A stretch of 64,000 bases of DNA, taken from the NCBI GenBank assembly GCA_000320545.1, contig ADNK01001072.1, positions 33,638 through 97,637 of the forward strand, written 5' to 3'. This document shows positions 42,180 through 55,445 of this stretch, piece by piece (within the stretch, counting starts at the first letter, position 1; every line of letters begins with the position of its first letter). This DNA comes from Bigelowiella natans CCMP2755. Its lineage: Eukaryota > Protista > Cercozoa. The notes under the pieces are model-generated. The model worked only from the letters and a program-made list of their open reading frames with translations. It had not been told where the DNA came from and did no database searches. Both the position numbers and the translations under genes were made by a program.

Positions 42180-42333
42180 GTGATGATAGTGATAGGATAC
42201 GGAATGGGTCGACGTGGTAGGGTAGTTAAGCAGCAACCTTGATATTGCACAGGTGCGGACGATGACGTTAAGTTGCTGCTGTTTTTACTACTTCTAGACC
42301 CATTTCCCAAACCACCTAACACCACACCAGTCG

Positions 42334-42370
<37 letters not shown>

Positions 42371-43725
42371 TGATGATGATTATGATGATGATCATGATCA
42401 TGATGGTAATGACATGGATGACAAGGACGATAATGATCACCGAGACTACGATGAAATCTATATTTGTCCGTACACACTTAAATTAATAGCCTACTTTTGG
42501 CAGCGAATCTTCTGAGTTTGCTGGCTCTTTGCTCACCATCAGCAGCCCAAGTCCATCCCTCCCCCTTCCTCTCTGAGAAAAGGGTTATCAAGATTAGAAT
42601 CCGATATCGTTCATGTCAGTTGGAGGGAGTGAGTGAGAAGCTGTTGCCATGCCGTATAATGATTTGAAAGATTGATGATGGCCGTAGCAGCCTGGGCTAT
42701 CTTACAAGAATTGCAGGACTTATGACAACATTGGCTTCTACTAGCCGTAGATTGTTCTCTGGTTTCGAATGATCTTTCTCTCTAAAGGGTGTCATCACTG
42801 ATGAAATGAATGTTCGATACGTTGCGTTGAAGCCACAGCGGACTCCTTTTCCGCTCTTTGTTCCAGGTTGTGCAGGAACGCCTCCGACATATAATCATCT
42901 ACTTCTTTCGTGCCTTTTAGCTCTTCTCCGCGCATTCGCTTATTGGATGTTCGTTTTATCGGGAGGACATCCAAGGCGTAGATGTGCAGCCCACCCCCCT
43001 TCTTCCATCTGCCCAAGGTGATGTTAACAGGAGGAGGGAGGGGAGTGTTTTGAAGTAAGCGCGCATAAGCATGAAATCTGCAGAAAATGGTTTGTTCTCA
43101 CTGTCTGTCATCTGGATCGTGGTAGAACCATTCTCCCCGAGGCACCTAAGGTGTAGTGTGTGAGTGCGGAGGAGGAGTGATAGAGAAGAGGAAGAGGGAG
43201 GAGAGGAGGAGGGGGAGGAGGAGATACAGTAGCAGTAGCAACGTGCGATGGATTTCAGACGGTACCATTTATGTTTCATGTGCAGTCTAATTACATCAGT
43301 TGGTGAAATTGCTGTTCCAGCTGCTTCATCGTCTACGGGGGCGTAAATCCAGCCTTCTCCTGTAGCATGAGGCAATGTATGTAGGGTTCATTGTTCTCCT
43401 GCTAAAACTGAGAGGAGGGCGGAAAAGTGCTAGATTTTGTATGTGTTTGTGCACCACCTGTATTTGGTTGCTTTCCGATAATCCACTGGCGCTTGGGCTG
43501 GAAGAAGTACACGAGGAAGGAACCCGAGCCTTCGAGTTCCCAGAGATTCTGACGCGAGGAGGAATAATTAGATAGGACCTTATTCATTTCATTTCTGGGG
43601 ACATTCATAGTCTCAAAAGTATAGCCCACCTCCTTTCCCTTCCACACATAGTCTCCGAGGAACGGGGCCCCTTCAAATATTTGTGGGTCTCCAGAAAGCC
43701 GCAGCTTCCGAGGGAGGTTCTCCAT
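37786..43725 (-). CDS. GPATCH11: G-patch domain protein 11-like (G-patch + DUF4187) with N-terminal extension
   Basis: DDYMSEAFL motif (~42890). G-patch SIPKTNIGHRMLAKMG|FKEGMKLGRNGRGLQAPVQ|VTLHENRVGLG. Last exon LLTYLRSKYCYCYYCSITFKGQDDMNTNCPGPTEEDHAD-TAA (37786). Upstream exons appear to begin at ATG 43725. Confidence 0.85.
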
Positions 43726-44614
43726 TGCAAGTGGCGTCTGCTCGGCACCCAGCGCTACCAGGCGTGGTTGGGTCCCGAGCTCGATGATCAAGTGCTAGTC
43801 AAACCCATCAACAGATTTAATGCTACGGTAGCATCCGAGTGCTCCATTTAGCCCAGAAATGGCAGCAATTCATGCCAATTTTTTACGGCGGATACCCGGA
43901 TAAACCGGGATTTCCGACACACTTGCCGCAGAAGAGTGAGAAAGGAAGTCAGGAACTTGCAAGCTCTTCCTTCTTCCAGATTTGTGTGCGATACATTTCT
44001 CTTGATAACATTTGTAAAGGGCCTTCAATTATGGTCGTGTGGGGCATCCGCTGCTCATTTTTAGGAAAGAATTCACCGTTGGCTGATGCAAGAATTCCTA
44101 CCAACCTCAAACTCGATGTTCGTGCACATAATTTGGGCGTCGGAAGATCGCTCTTATACCATTGCTCGAAGAAGATTATGTCGCAGAATCATATTGGGGG
44201 CATTTTTGAACATAATTTTAGGAAATTCCTAATTTTGTAATACTGTTTTCGTTGGTCTTAATATTTGGGAATGAATGCACGTCCCCATCCGACACGTCCT
44301 TTACCGTTGATCTAGGAAGAGGGTTTTAACGCCTTTTCTGCGGGATTTTACCTAGCCCATCAGGTAGAGGTTTAAGCTTGAACACCTACAAATTATGCCA
44401 TGTTTCACTTGTGGAGTCCATCTGTGAAATACTAAATCTCCGAACACTTTTTTCTGGCACGTATTCCTTCTTTCTTCCAACGAGGCAGGACGGATCGGAC
44501 GGAGGATAGCGATACTGCGCCCCATCCATTGATATTTCGAATCGGAGGAGATATATCTGCAAAATATTCGAGTAAACAATGGGGCTGTGTTGGTGCTCAC
44601 AGGTCGACGACGGC

Positions 44615-45011
44615 ATGAACACGAACAAACGTGGAGGTGTCGTAATGCCGACCAAAGATATACACGTCAATCTGGAGATTAAGGGCTGCTCCACCGCGGA
44701 GGACGTCATGCGCTATGTTTATGATGGTAGAAAAAATATATATCACAAAAGTATTCTGACGTTCCGCGATCATTAAAATTCCGGCCCGGGGCTGATGACA
44801 ACTTAGATATCGAAATGCCAAAGCCTGGCAAGTCTCACATGCGCGTCAACGGAGTGTGCACAAGCCTTTTGGTAATGACTTACATAGATTACACTTTTCA
44901 CGATCCATCTCTGAGTCGCACCTCTAATGTCCATCAATGGAATTCATGCCTGTACTCCGAACAAAATCATTATTATCATCAATCATCGTCATCAATTATC
45001 ATCACCATCAC

Positions 45012-45042
<31 letters not shown>

Positions 45043-45786
45043 GTCGTCATCGTCACCATCGTCACCATCACCATCATCATCATCCAGTACGGAGAGATCC
45101 TTCCGGAAGGGATCATGAAGGCTATGGACCTCCTAGGAGCTGCGCATGCGACGACCCTTTTAGATGTCGGCTCTGGACGGGGTACGCTTGCTTTCTTCGC
45201 CTTCCTTTGCTACCCAAACATCACGCATACAATGGGAGTCGAGATCTCGGATGCAAGATTTAATCTATGTGCGAAAGCGATGAAGCGCATCCCCTGTGCG
45301 CGAGTTACGAAGAACAACGTATCAATAGACCTCACTCCAGAGCCGGGCAAACACCGGCGTCTGAGCTTCTACAAGCAGAACGTCATGAAAATGCTAGATC
45401 ACGTCCGGAAGCTCAGTCCGGACATTGTAATTTTTGATGTAGAAATAAACTTTGGGGACCGCACACTGGTAGTACCGACGCTCCTTCACTAAACCACTAC
45501 CATTATCAATGATCGAACTTGCCCGCCCATTTCATATCGCTGACACCATGTAAACGGTAGTGCTCGTACTGAAATATGTTTGTTTGGTGCTCAGATTGGA
45601 TTTCTGAAGGCGCTGAAACCAGGTTGTTGTGTGTTAAGCTATGAAGACCTAAGTGCCTGGTGGGCGAAATCTCAATCTGTAGATGAAAGTATTGGTGGCT
45701 TCCCATTCACCCAGTTTGGGTTGGGAATCACGTATCAAACGTCTTGGGCTCCGAATGCAGGATATAAATTCATGGTAGTACGATAT

Positions 45787-45824
<38 letters not shown>

Positions 45825-46143
45825 GTACGTGTGCTGATTAAAGATAACTTTTATTTCCATACATATATAGCGCACATTTCTATATTCATCGTGTGTGTAT
45901 GCGTATGCGTATGCGTATGTGTATGTACGTTGTGTCGCAAGCTATTTCCCTTGTCACGAGAGTCGTATGGGTATGGAATGAAGCAGAAAGAAGCTAATAT
46001 GTGTATGTGTGTATTTACGCATGTGTGTAGGGAAGATGATGTGTTCATTCCATGGACAGTCTTCTAACAAATATCCATGGACAGTCTTCTAACAAATTTA
46101 CCAATTCGTTGCACCATTATAGGCTTGGAGAAAGAAGCGCTAA
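44615..46143 (+). CDS. Small class I SAM-dependent methyltransferase, DOT1-like; start uncertain
   Basis: YGEILPEG, LLDVGSGRG (motif I), GVEISDAR and LKPGCCVLSY motifs, then YQTSWAPNAGYKFM|AWRKKR-TAA (46143). Confidence 0.75.
46049..46097. repeat. 25-bp tandem duplication in an intron
   Basis: tccatggacagtcttctaacaaat occurs twice in tandem. Confidence 0.9.
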
Positions 46144-46859
46144 ATTTATTTAAGAAGAAAGAACTTTATCATATCAATTTGGTACTAATCTCCTTTAATG
46201 GTGGATCTTATGCAAACTCCGCTCGTTAGTTGAGATAGTCAGGATGGAGTATGCAGCAGGAATCATAATGTATTTAAAAATTATAATTAAAATTAGTTGT
46301 ATAGTTCTACGCTGCCTTCAAGGCTCACGTGAAAGCTTCTCGCATAGGAGTGTTAATCATTTGTACATACTTACTTTAGCCGCTTTAGCAGCGCTAGCAC
46401 CTGCAAGCGCCTGCCACAACGAGAAATTTACAAGAGGCAACGCACAGCTAATATAATGACTTCTTACTTGTTCAATTACATTTAGATGACATATATGGAG
46501 AACACTGGATCATTTCGCGGCGCAGCTAATGTTAATGAGCCGATTTGAACATCGCTCTTCTAGTCTTGCTGTTAACTAGAAGCGTGCCAGAAATACTAGA
46601 ATGCCATTCAGACGCACTAGCGCATGTTTAGGCATCCTGGCTTGAAAATGTGTATGTTGTGCATCGGTTTATGATCACATGTGCATTCTACGATGAGTAC
46701 GTACACAGGTGCACATCATTAATGTGCAACATAGACTGTACATTCACTTCGACTACCAATATTTACATTTCACATAATTACATTACATTGTCTATAATTC
46801 ACACAGTGCACCAGACACCCTGCTTTTTTCAGTGTGATCGACTAACACGCTAACATATT

Positions 46860-47254
46860 TTACAACTGGGTTTTACACATGGGGCAACTCACAGGTCTAC
46901 TATAATCTGCCGACTCGTATATCCATTTGTCAACACATGATATGTGAAAGAGATGTTTGCACTTGGGCAATACCCTGAGAAGGTCCCCAGTTTCGTACTC
47001 CTCAAAGCAAATTACGCATGTCTCTCCTGAACTTCCTGATTCCTACGTGTGCGAAAACACACGACATCCAATAATTAGGACATAGCATCATCTGCATAGG
47101 TATACTGCAGTACTAATTGCATCAGTCTTGCAACCTTCAACTTATTGATAAGCTCTGACTTCTCCAAACACTTGCTGTGGTCTATACCCCTGCGATCCAG
47201 TTTTCTCCTTATCGTCTTCACATCTTTTTTGTGCTTGAAATTCGAACAAATTTA

Positions 47255-47318
<64 letters not shown>

Positions 47319-47854
47319 ATCATTGTACATCATTCATGGACTATTAGAAAAGTTGGTACCAATTCGCTGGGCTGAGTATACTCCTCTATTGGCAGATTCT
47401 TAATGGCTTTGATAGCTGCCTCGAATCTCTATCATGTAGAGGCAGCTTAGGATATTTAGCAGTTACTATGCATGCTAAAGCAGAAATGACCTGACTGTAA
47501 GGTCGTGCATTCCCCCCTCCAGTGCCAGCTGCATTATCCCCGTTTCCAAGCCCGTCCCCAAGCCCCAGGGCATTCAACCCCCTTCTAACCCAGTTCCACA
47601 GCTCCCGAACTCTCTCATTCTGATTTACCTAGGTCATTGTAAAGCGATATTATTTCGTACTTATGCGGTTGAAAGAAGGTTGGGGTGGTTAGGGGGACCT
47701 GTGGGATGTATTTGAAGGCTATGTATCCTGCAACCAATATTGCCACAGCAGTTTTGACTATTAGACCCTCCCTGCCGGGAGCTAGGTATGCAATGGCCGA
47801 AATAGCGAGGGATATCCACGTCAAGGGTCCATTTCCTCCAATAAAAATAAACAT
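46860..47854 (-). CDS. Membrane-anchored RING-H2 E3 ubiquitin ligase with a SAP-like helical module
   Basis: Two N-terminal hydrophobic segments, then DVKTIRRKLDRRGIDHSKCLEKSELI, then CVICFEEYETGDLLRVLPKCKHLFHISCVDKW...CPMCK. TAA at 46860. Confidence 0.88.
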
Positions 47855-48060
47855 CAAACTATTCCAGGTTCTCCCGGTCTATGGCAACACGTGGGATTCC
47901 GAAGTTGTTGGAGGGAGAAACCTCTTGAACCAATCGTTTCAGGTAGATAAACAATAGTGTGTATAAATAGTCTTCGAGATCGCCAGCGGTTGTGTTTTCC
48001 TGCCTTACAACGACTTCTTTTCGATGGACTCGTAAGCTGTGAAGGGGGGAGCTAACATCC

Positions 48061-49130
48061 TTCCATCTCTTTTTTTTTGCTTTTTTCAGCAGTTCCGCTT
48101 GATGGAGAATTGCCTTGTCGCACCATGAAAATCAAAGCATTTTCGTCCCATTTTGCACACTTTCCCGTTCTCTCTCTTTCTTCCCGATGCCAAATTGTTT
48201 GCTCACTGAAACCAGTTCGAGGCACTGCATTTTGCACGCTGCAAGTGTCTTGCAACACTTTGGAAATGTAGTTTTTCATCATTGTTTCATTGTTTTCATT
48301 GTTTCATTGAAACCAGTTCGAGGCACTGCATTTTGCACGCTGCAAGTGTCTTGCAACACTTTGGAAATGTGGTTTTTCATCATTGTTTCATTGTTTCATT
48401 GTTTCATTGATCACGCGCACTTTGCCGTCGTGCAACATGCTTGACACACATGACACACACTTTGGAAATGTAGTCGATCGTCGAAGTTTGTTTCTTTCTT
48501 TCCGGAAGGTTTGTTGCAACATGTGTGTCATTCATCCATGACAATTTGTGCGATGAACAAGAAACCCGCACGTGTTCGAAGTTCGTGTGCAGAACACGAC
48601 AGCACGAAAATTGACATCATGGCTGACAGCGTGGTGTGCGGTGGTGGCCAACGACATGCACGTCGCGTTGTGTGTTGCTGTGCGCTAGTGCGCACAGTTG
48701 GACAGCACATTGCTAGATTTATATGGACATCATGTGATTGAGCAGCCGCGTGCCGAGAATTTGTGCCAAAATGACGTGTTCACGGACACACACATGCTGG
48801 CATGCATCAACCACACACTTGCTAGCTTGCTGGCATTGTGCACGCAACAAGTGCATGGCATGCATGCACTACTAGCAATTTTGAGTCGCACAAAATACAC
48901 CAGCACAGCGCTCATTTTGCAAGCAACTGTGAGGCGAGCGACACATTGATCGAGGCCAATGACTGCAACAATGACATGCACACACAGCGTGTGCTGCAAC
49001 ATCGTTGCCCGCCTGCATGAGATGCGCGCAATGACACTGCTAGACTGACTGACAAAATCAATGTGAAAGAAATGAAAATGTACACATGTAGTGATGTGTT
49101 GCTGTCACAAACACCATCATTGCGATTAAA
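48061..49130. other. TpA-depleted intergenic tract 3
   Basis: Very few TAs over ~1.07 kb, mostly TAG/CTAG (e.g. 48269, 48471, ~48686, ~48714, ~48823, ~49041). Saturated with TGCA, CATG and CACA. Confidence 0.9.
48207..48409. repeat. 101-bp tandem duplication
   Basis: Units start at 48207 and 48308. They differ at aatgTAgttt (48269) vs aatgTGgttt (48370). A partial third copy lies at ~48458-48473. Confidence 0.95.
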
Positions 49131-49137
49131 TGCTGCA

Positions 49138-49321
49138 TCATTCAGATTTCTGCAGTATGCCGGCATCTAGAAGATGACTTCGCACGTACCGGTCCTTCAC
49201 AATCCATTGATTTGTCAGCACTATTTCTATGATGTTTTGAGCCAACACATTCTGCACCAGGAAGGAGATAAAATAAACATATAGTGAGTGAGAACGAGAA
49301 TGCGCACAGAAAATACAAACG

Positions 49322-49355
<34 letters not shown>

Positions 49356-49364
49356 AATGTATAA

Positions 49365-49400
<36 letters not shown>

Positions 49401-50204
49401 TTCATTCGGCTTACGTCGGCGTGGTCGAGAAAAGCTTGCATTTTTTCTGGACGGTTGTGATTCTCTGGAAAGGACCCTAAAATCATCTCCACTACCGCAT
49501 TGAAACAAGCCACGCCGGCTGCATCCTTTTTAACACACGTGATAGGGAAAGCAACCGAAGATATGAAGAACAATACATATCTTCAACATCGAGCATGGCA
49601 CATCCCAAAGCATGAAAGTCGCTGATGAATCATCGGTGCATATTCTTCATTTGGCATTAACTACAGCCTCACTTTCACACCATTCATCGTCATCATCATC
49701 ATTATCAAGCGACATGTTCCTCAAACACCATCACCACCACCACTACCTTCCAAAAGTCCATGAGATGTGTGCCAAGCTCGATGTAATGGGCGATATTGCG
49801 GTTTTCCCGGGGCAGCGCATGCTCTGGGCAGAGAAGACGATCTTGCCGTTGATGATATCTCTCATTCTCGCTGTTGCCGCGAGGCTCTTCCTCCAGCCTT
49901 CTTCCTCCTCTCCAATTCGCGTACTTGGTTTGGCGATCGAATAACTCGAGGTTCACCCATAAAAACCCACTGTTCCTGTCGTAGGACACGCAGACATCAT
50001 CCTCCGCCCCCCCCTCAACATCTCCATTTATCGGGACCATATCTTTGCTCAGTGTCAGCCGATCCATCTACCACGCATTGGAATGGAAAGGGGGGGTGGG
50101 TGGGATTTGTATAGAGAACTATGGGTTCAATATGAGATCATCATATGATTATACTAATATATATTGGTTGAGTAAATATGTTAGGTAATGTTAATACATA
50201 TATG

Positions 50205-50263
<59 letters not shown>

Positions 50264-50490
50264 ACATACATTTTATATTTATATCATAAAGCGAATCCGC
50301 CCAATGGTTTATTCCCCCCGCCCCCACACTTAATCTCTCTCGATCGGTTTCTACGACCTGATGGCTAGTGAGTGGCTCTTCCTGAAACCTATATGAAGCC
50401 AATCTCCACCGCACGCTAGGGTCCTTTGGAATAGTGCGTTGAAGGACATCAAGATCATCATAAGAATGAGTCGTCGCCCAGGATGAGGAG

Positions 50491-50522
<32 letters not shown>

Positions 50523-51446
50523 GTATCAACACACCTTTATTTTACTTGCTCCCTGCATCGTTCCAGAATGTAGTGCTCCATGAACAACTGAGCCATTGGA
50601 CACCCATTGCTCATCGATCCATACCAGATTCGTCCCAAGCACCAGGAGAGTCTCAACCTGCCCCCCCCCCTCTTGCCGGAAGTGATGCCGCAATGTGGCA
50701 CCGCCCACTCCAAAGTGGGGGGGAGAAGACAGGCCACCGGAGATCGGATGGAGGAGGGGAGTCGGATGGGAATCAAGAAAGACCTCTCTTTGCAGGGATA
50801 TTGGCTGATTGACTATTGCTGTTGTTATCGTAGAGGAGGGAGGAGGAAGGTGGTAAAACGAAGGATCATGCCTCGCGATCTTGTCATACTTGGCAATGGG
50901 AGGACCGCGGTAGGAGGGTTGATGAGATGTGAAGATAGTAATACGGTGATCAAGGAAAAGAAGAAGAAGAAGAAATAGTAGTAGTAGTAGTAGTAGTAGT
51001 AGGAGGAGGAGGAGGAGGAGGAGGAGGAGGAGGAAGAGGAAGAGGAAAAGTAGGAGGATGGGGAGAGCAAAAGAGAACATGGTAAGTGGAAGAGATCAGT
51101 TGGAGATTCTATAGATTTGTCTATATATCACCACCGAGACGTTTCGCTTTTCTACCTCTTTTCTCCATCGTTAATACCATAATGACCACAATCATTGCCC
51201 CTTTCACTAAATCTTCCATCACCACCAGCACCACCAGCATCAGTCATCATCATCACCATTTATCATCATCGTTTATCATCATCACCATCGTCTTCATCAC
51301 CACTACTCAATACGCACACTCAAACCACCCACCTGGTTCAGAAGAGCTGAGATCGCATCAAACGATGATTGGATTGTACCGATCACATAGTCACAGCTTC
51401 TCAGGGCCCACAAGTCCTCCAAAGTTGCCTTGAAATCATGGTCATT

Positions 51447-51481
<35 letters not shown>

Positions 51482-52244
51482 AACAATTATGTAGACACAT
51501 ATTCAAAAAAACACAAATTTCAAGACGATTAGTTACTTCCACCACCACCACCACCACTGCTACTACTACTACTACTACTCACTCGAGTGAGATCCCTTGC
51601 TTCGCTTGTCACTGCCTAAGCCGTACCGACGATGATTCAAACAAGGAAACCGTGGTGGGCGGGAGAGAAGTGAGGAGGACAACGACGTGAGAGAAATTCT
51701 AGAGGAGCTGCACACGTGCGACGTATTCTCTTGACGATAACAATGTACAGAGTAAGAGAGCATTGACATCGTAAACATCCTCCTCATGGAGCTCATCAAG
51801 GGCTAATATCTGTCCCCTTTCATCTCCCCCCTTCTGTAGAGCACACACCATCAAATGCTCTGGCTGGTACACATTTGTGCCCTTGTATGGCGAGTGCAGC
51901 CGCGCCGATTTCTCCCTATAAACACCCAGAATCCGTAGAAAATATGGGTTGGACGTGATCGGTGAGCTTGGGCTCCCATACGACTTGTTCGTACGATTTG
52001 TTATTGTTATTGTTGTAACACATCCTCATTTCACCACTACTATATCATCATCGCTCGCAGCAGCAGCATCAACGTCGTCACTGTCGTAGCATATCACGTC
52101 TATCACCGTCCGATTGCGAGATGAATGCGGCCATCAGGTCCCAAAGCGAGGGGAGGCTCCGAATCTCCTTTATGATGACGATGCCGATGATGATGCTCAT
52201 GACGGCTCTCACCTTCTTCCTCAATTCCATCCTCATCCTCATTC

Positions 52245-52276
<32 letters not shown>

Positions 52277-52604
52277 GGTTTCTGTTGAAGTTGTCCTTGT
52301 CGCCTTCAAGGTCCAGGGATTCAGATGTTGTTGTTGGGAATAGTACAGCTTCGTTGCGGGAACGATGTGAACAAATGGAGCCAAGCTCTCCGTCTGCGTG
52401 CGCCACGCATTTATCTTCAGGATGATAATGATGATGATGATGATGATGATGGGGATGATGATGATGGCGATGATGATGATGATGATAATGGGGAGAAACG
52501 ACGATGATAGAGGAGGATGGAATCGGTGATATCGAAAAGAAAGGCTTCCTCCATGATACTCAACATTCCCGTAGAGAGTAAGCATAAAGCATTTTTATAT
52601 GCAT

Positions 52605-52655
<51 letters not shown>

Positions 52656-52803
52656 TACACACATACACACACACCACATCACATCACAGAAAGCATACAC
52701 TCACGGCACGCACATCATCTGTCGCCCAAAAGACGATGCAGGAATCGTTAGGAAGTGCTGCCAGATAGTCCTTTGAGGAGATTATTGATGTTAGCAATCG
52801 GCC

Positions 52804-52838
<35 letters not shown>

Positions 52839-52906
52839 CGGATTCATTCTTCAGTTAAATAAAAATCATCGCGAAATGATAATGATGGAGCGGACATCAA
52901 TCCCCT

Positions 52907-52942
<36 letters not shown>

Positions 52943-53109
52943 CACTGCTACCTGAAATGCAAATACTTTACGCTCTGGAAACCGCGCCGACCCCTTCTCT
53001 GTCTTCATCAACAGATCACCTCTGATAGATAGGGAAACCAACAAATTACACATTTATGTATATTAGAGAGGTGGGTTGACAGAGAAAACAAGAAAGAGCG
53101 TATCAAGAT

Positions 53110-53176
<67 letters not shown>

Positions 53177-53614
53177 CATCCACAGGTCTCACCGTCTGAC
53201 ATGCACACCCGTTGTCTTGATGATCCATCCAGCCTGACATCTACTCACGCCTCCTCCTTCTTCCTGGGTGCCACTATGCTGTGTGGTAGAGAGCCGGAAG
53301 GCGGAACGTGCAAAATAGTGCATTTTGGAGCTGAAGTCACGTAGCTGCTCGGCGATACGGCTCAGTGGTCGCGATACGTAGTTCGTTATGACGCTTGCCC
53401 ATGCTACGCGCATTGTCTCATCCATTATGAGGAAATCACGCCACCTGAAGGTAGTAAAGAAGAAGAAGAAGAAGAAGAAGGAGAAGAAGCAGAAGAAGAG
53501 GAGGAGGAGGAGGAGGATGGAGGTGCAGAGGAGGAAAGCAGGATTCAGTTATCAAAACGAACTAATATGGCGATGTTCGATGTCTTCTTTCCCTGTCTCC
53601 TGATCTCTCGGTGC

Positions 53615-53645
<31 letters not shown>

Positions 53646-55109
53646 TTATCTTCTCATCTTCACGTCCAGCTTCCATGTGGGCTTCTTCGGAAGATATGTT
53701 ATTGCTGCTGTAGTACGTTGTAGTAGTGGTTGTTGTAGTTGTTGTTGTAGTAGTACCGTGGATGAGGAGCGAAGAGAGAAATCCCAGCTCTCCTCATATC
53801 CGCCAGTTTTACACGTGATGAGTCCAAGCTAACAACGATGACGATGATGATGTTGATAACGACAATGGCGGTCAGTAATACTTCTGGAAGATGATCATAA
53901 AAGCCTGCAGACGCATGTGAGGTAGATGGTGGAAATTTTGATGAAGCTCTTCAATCGCAATGAACTATAAATGATTCAATGATCTGTTTTTGCCTGACAA
54001 TAGAATTCTCTAGATAGAAGCATGCCCCGCAGCATTATCATTATCATTGCATAGGATACTACATCAGCACCTTGCTTCGCCAGAAACGAGCCGTATGCGC
54101 TCATCAGTGGACACGTGCTCCTCATACCCACACCGTGAAATTTCTTCAAAGATGCAGGCGAAAGAGAACCCGCGACTTTTCTCCAGTCCTCGTTGACATC
54201 GTCCTGCTTAGTTTTAACATGTTCAGGCCTCCTCCTTTCTCTCCAACCCCTCGCCCGCCACATTTTTGCATGGAATCATAAATTGAAATCGTGAACCTAG
54301 AGTCTACGATGATCGCTGTCTTCGGTATTGGATATCATAATCTTGTATGTTTGATATGGTAATAATTTCTTCACGACCATGCGTCGCAGGATGCCCGACA
54401 CCGGCAACATGTGGCCAACCCTGATATAAGATTCTATTCGAGCTGAGTATCAAGGTCCTTCCACCATGAATGGCTTCGGCCAAAGCCCCAGCTATCGACA
54501 CCTATGAGCAACCCATGGCCAATCACCACCGCCGCCAATACGAACGACGACGACAACAACAACAACAACCACAATAATAATTTAAGAGTGAATACATAAA
54601 AGTTCCTTCAGTTTCGTTTCCATGTTAGAAAGTAGGAGAAGGGTAAAAGGTAAATCGATTTACCAACAGGGAGCCCATTCCCTCATTGTCTTTCAAGGAA
54701 GCGATGAGTAGTCGCGCCTTGCCACAGTCGGGAGGGTTCTGCCGGATCATCGGTTTCAATGATAGCAAGCAAACCCACGCGCACGTGCGCACGCACGCAC
54801 GCACACACACACACACACACACGTACAAATACCCATATATGTTAAGTAAGTAAAGCTGTAGATGCTAACGACATCATAGCTCTATGCCTCTTCTTCTTCC
54901 TCCTTTCCCATTCGAAACAGGACTGATGCACAACCGGTGTTGCTGCTGCTACTGCTGCCGCACAGGGGACGCACAAGTGCCCAAACCTGAAGCTGGCGTA
55001 TCTCCTGCTCCAGAGCGAATGAGAACTTCACAAGCTGGTCATCAGCCACAGTTTTGCTCACTAGCAGACCAATGGCCACCAACAGCATCGCATAGAATGC
55101 ACCCATCAT
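49138..55109 (-). CDS. GT23/FUT8-like alpha-1,6-fucosyltransferase with a long C-terminal extension
   Basis: Signal/anchor MMGAFYAMLLVAIGLLVSKTVA, then LQ|NPPDCGKARLL...EGMGS, GVHVRR|GD, VFWATDD and DLWALRSCDYVIGTIQSSF. Further exons run to ...LQKSE-TGA (49138). Confidence 0.82.
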
Positions 55110-55445
55110 TGAGCCTCTCTTGCAACCCTGTGGCGTGCCGCCATTATCTGCACAATCATCGTCGTCGACGAGGACGGGGAGGGGCACACGATCGATTGAT
55201 CCGTGAGTACGAGCAGACTTTTAGAGAATCTTTGGTAGGTGACGTGCTCTAATCCATGACGCATCAACTAAATGCCTTGCATTTTAGCTCGCGGGAAAGA
55301 GTATGGTGTTTCTCAGGGGTACTCGTGCATGAATGGATATGGTTTCCCTCCTGCGACATGAAAGGAGGATTGTCGCCAAGAAAATCCCGAGAACAAACAA
55401 GCCTGCGACAACCCTGCCCGCCACACCCGCCAACACCGCTCGACG

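Noticed and set aside
48207-48475. CRISPR-like array
   Set aside because: A simple tandem duplication without unique spacers, in a eukaryotic context with no cas genes.
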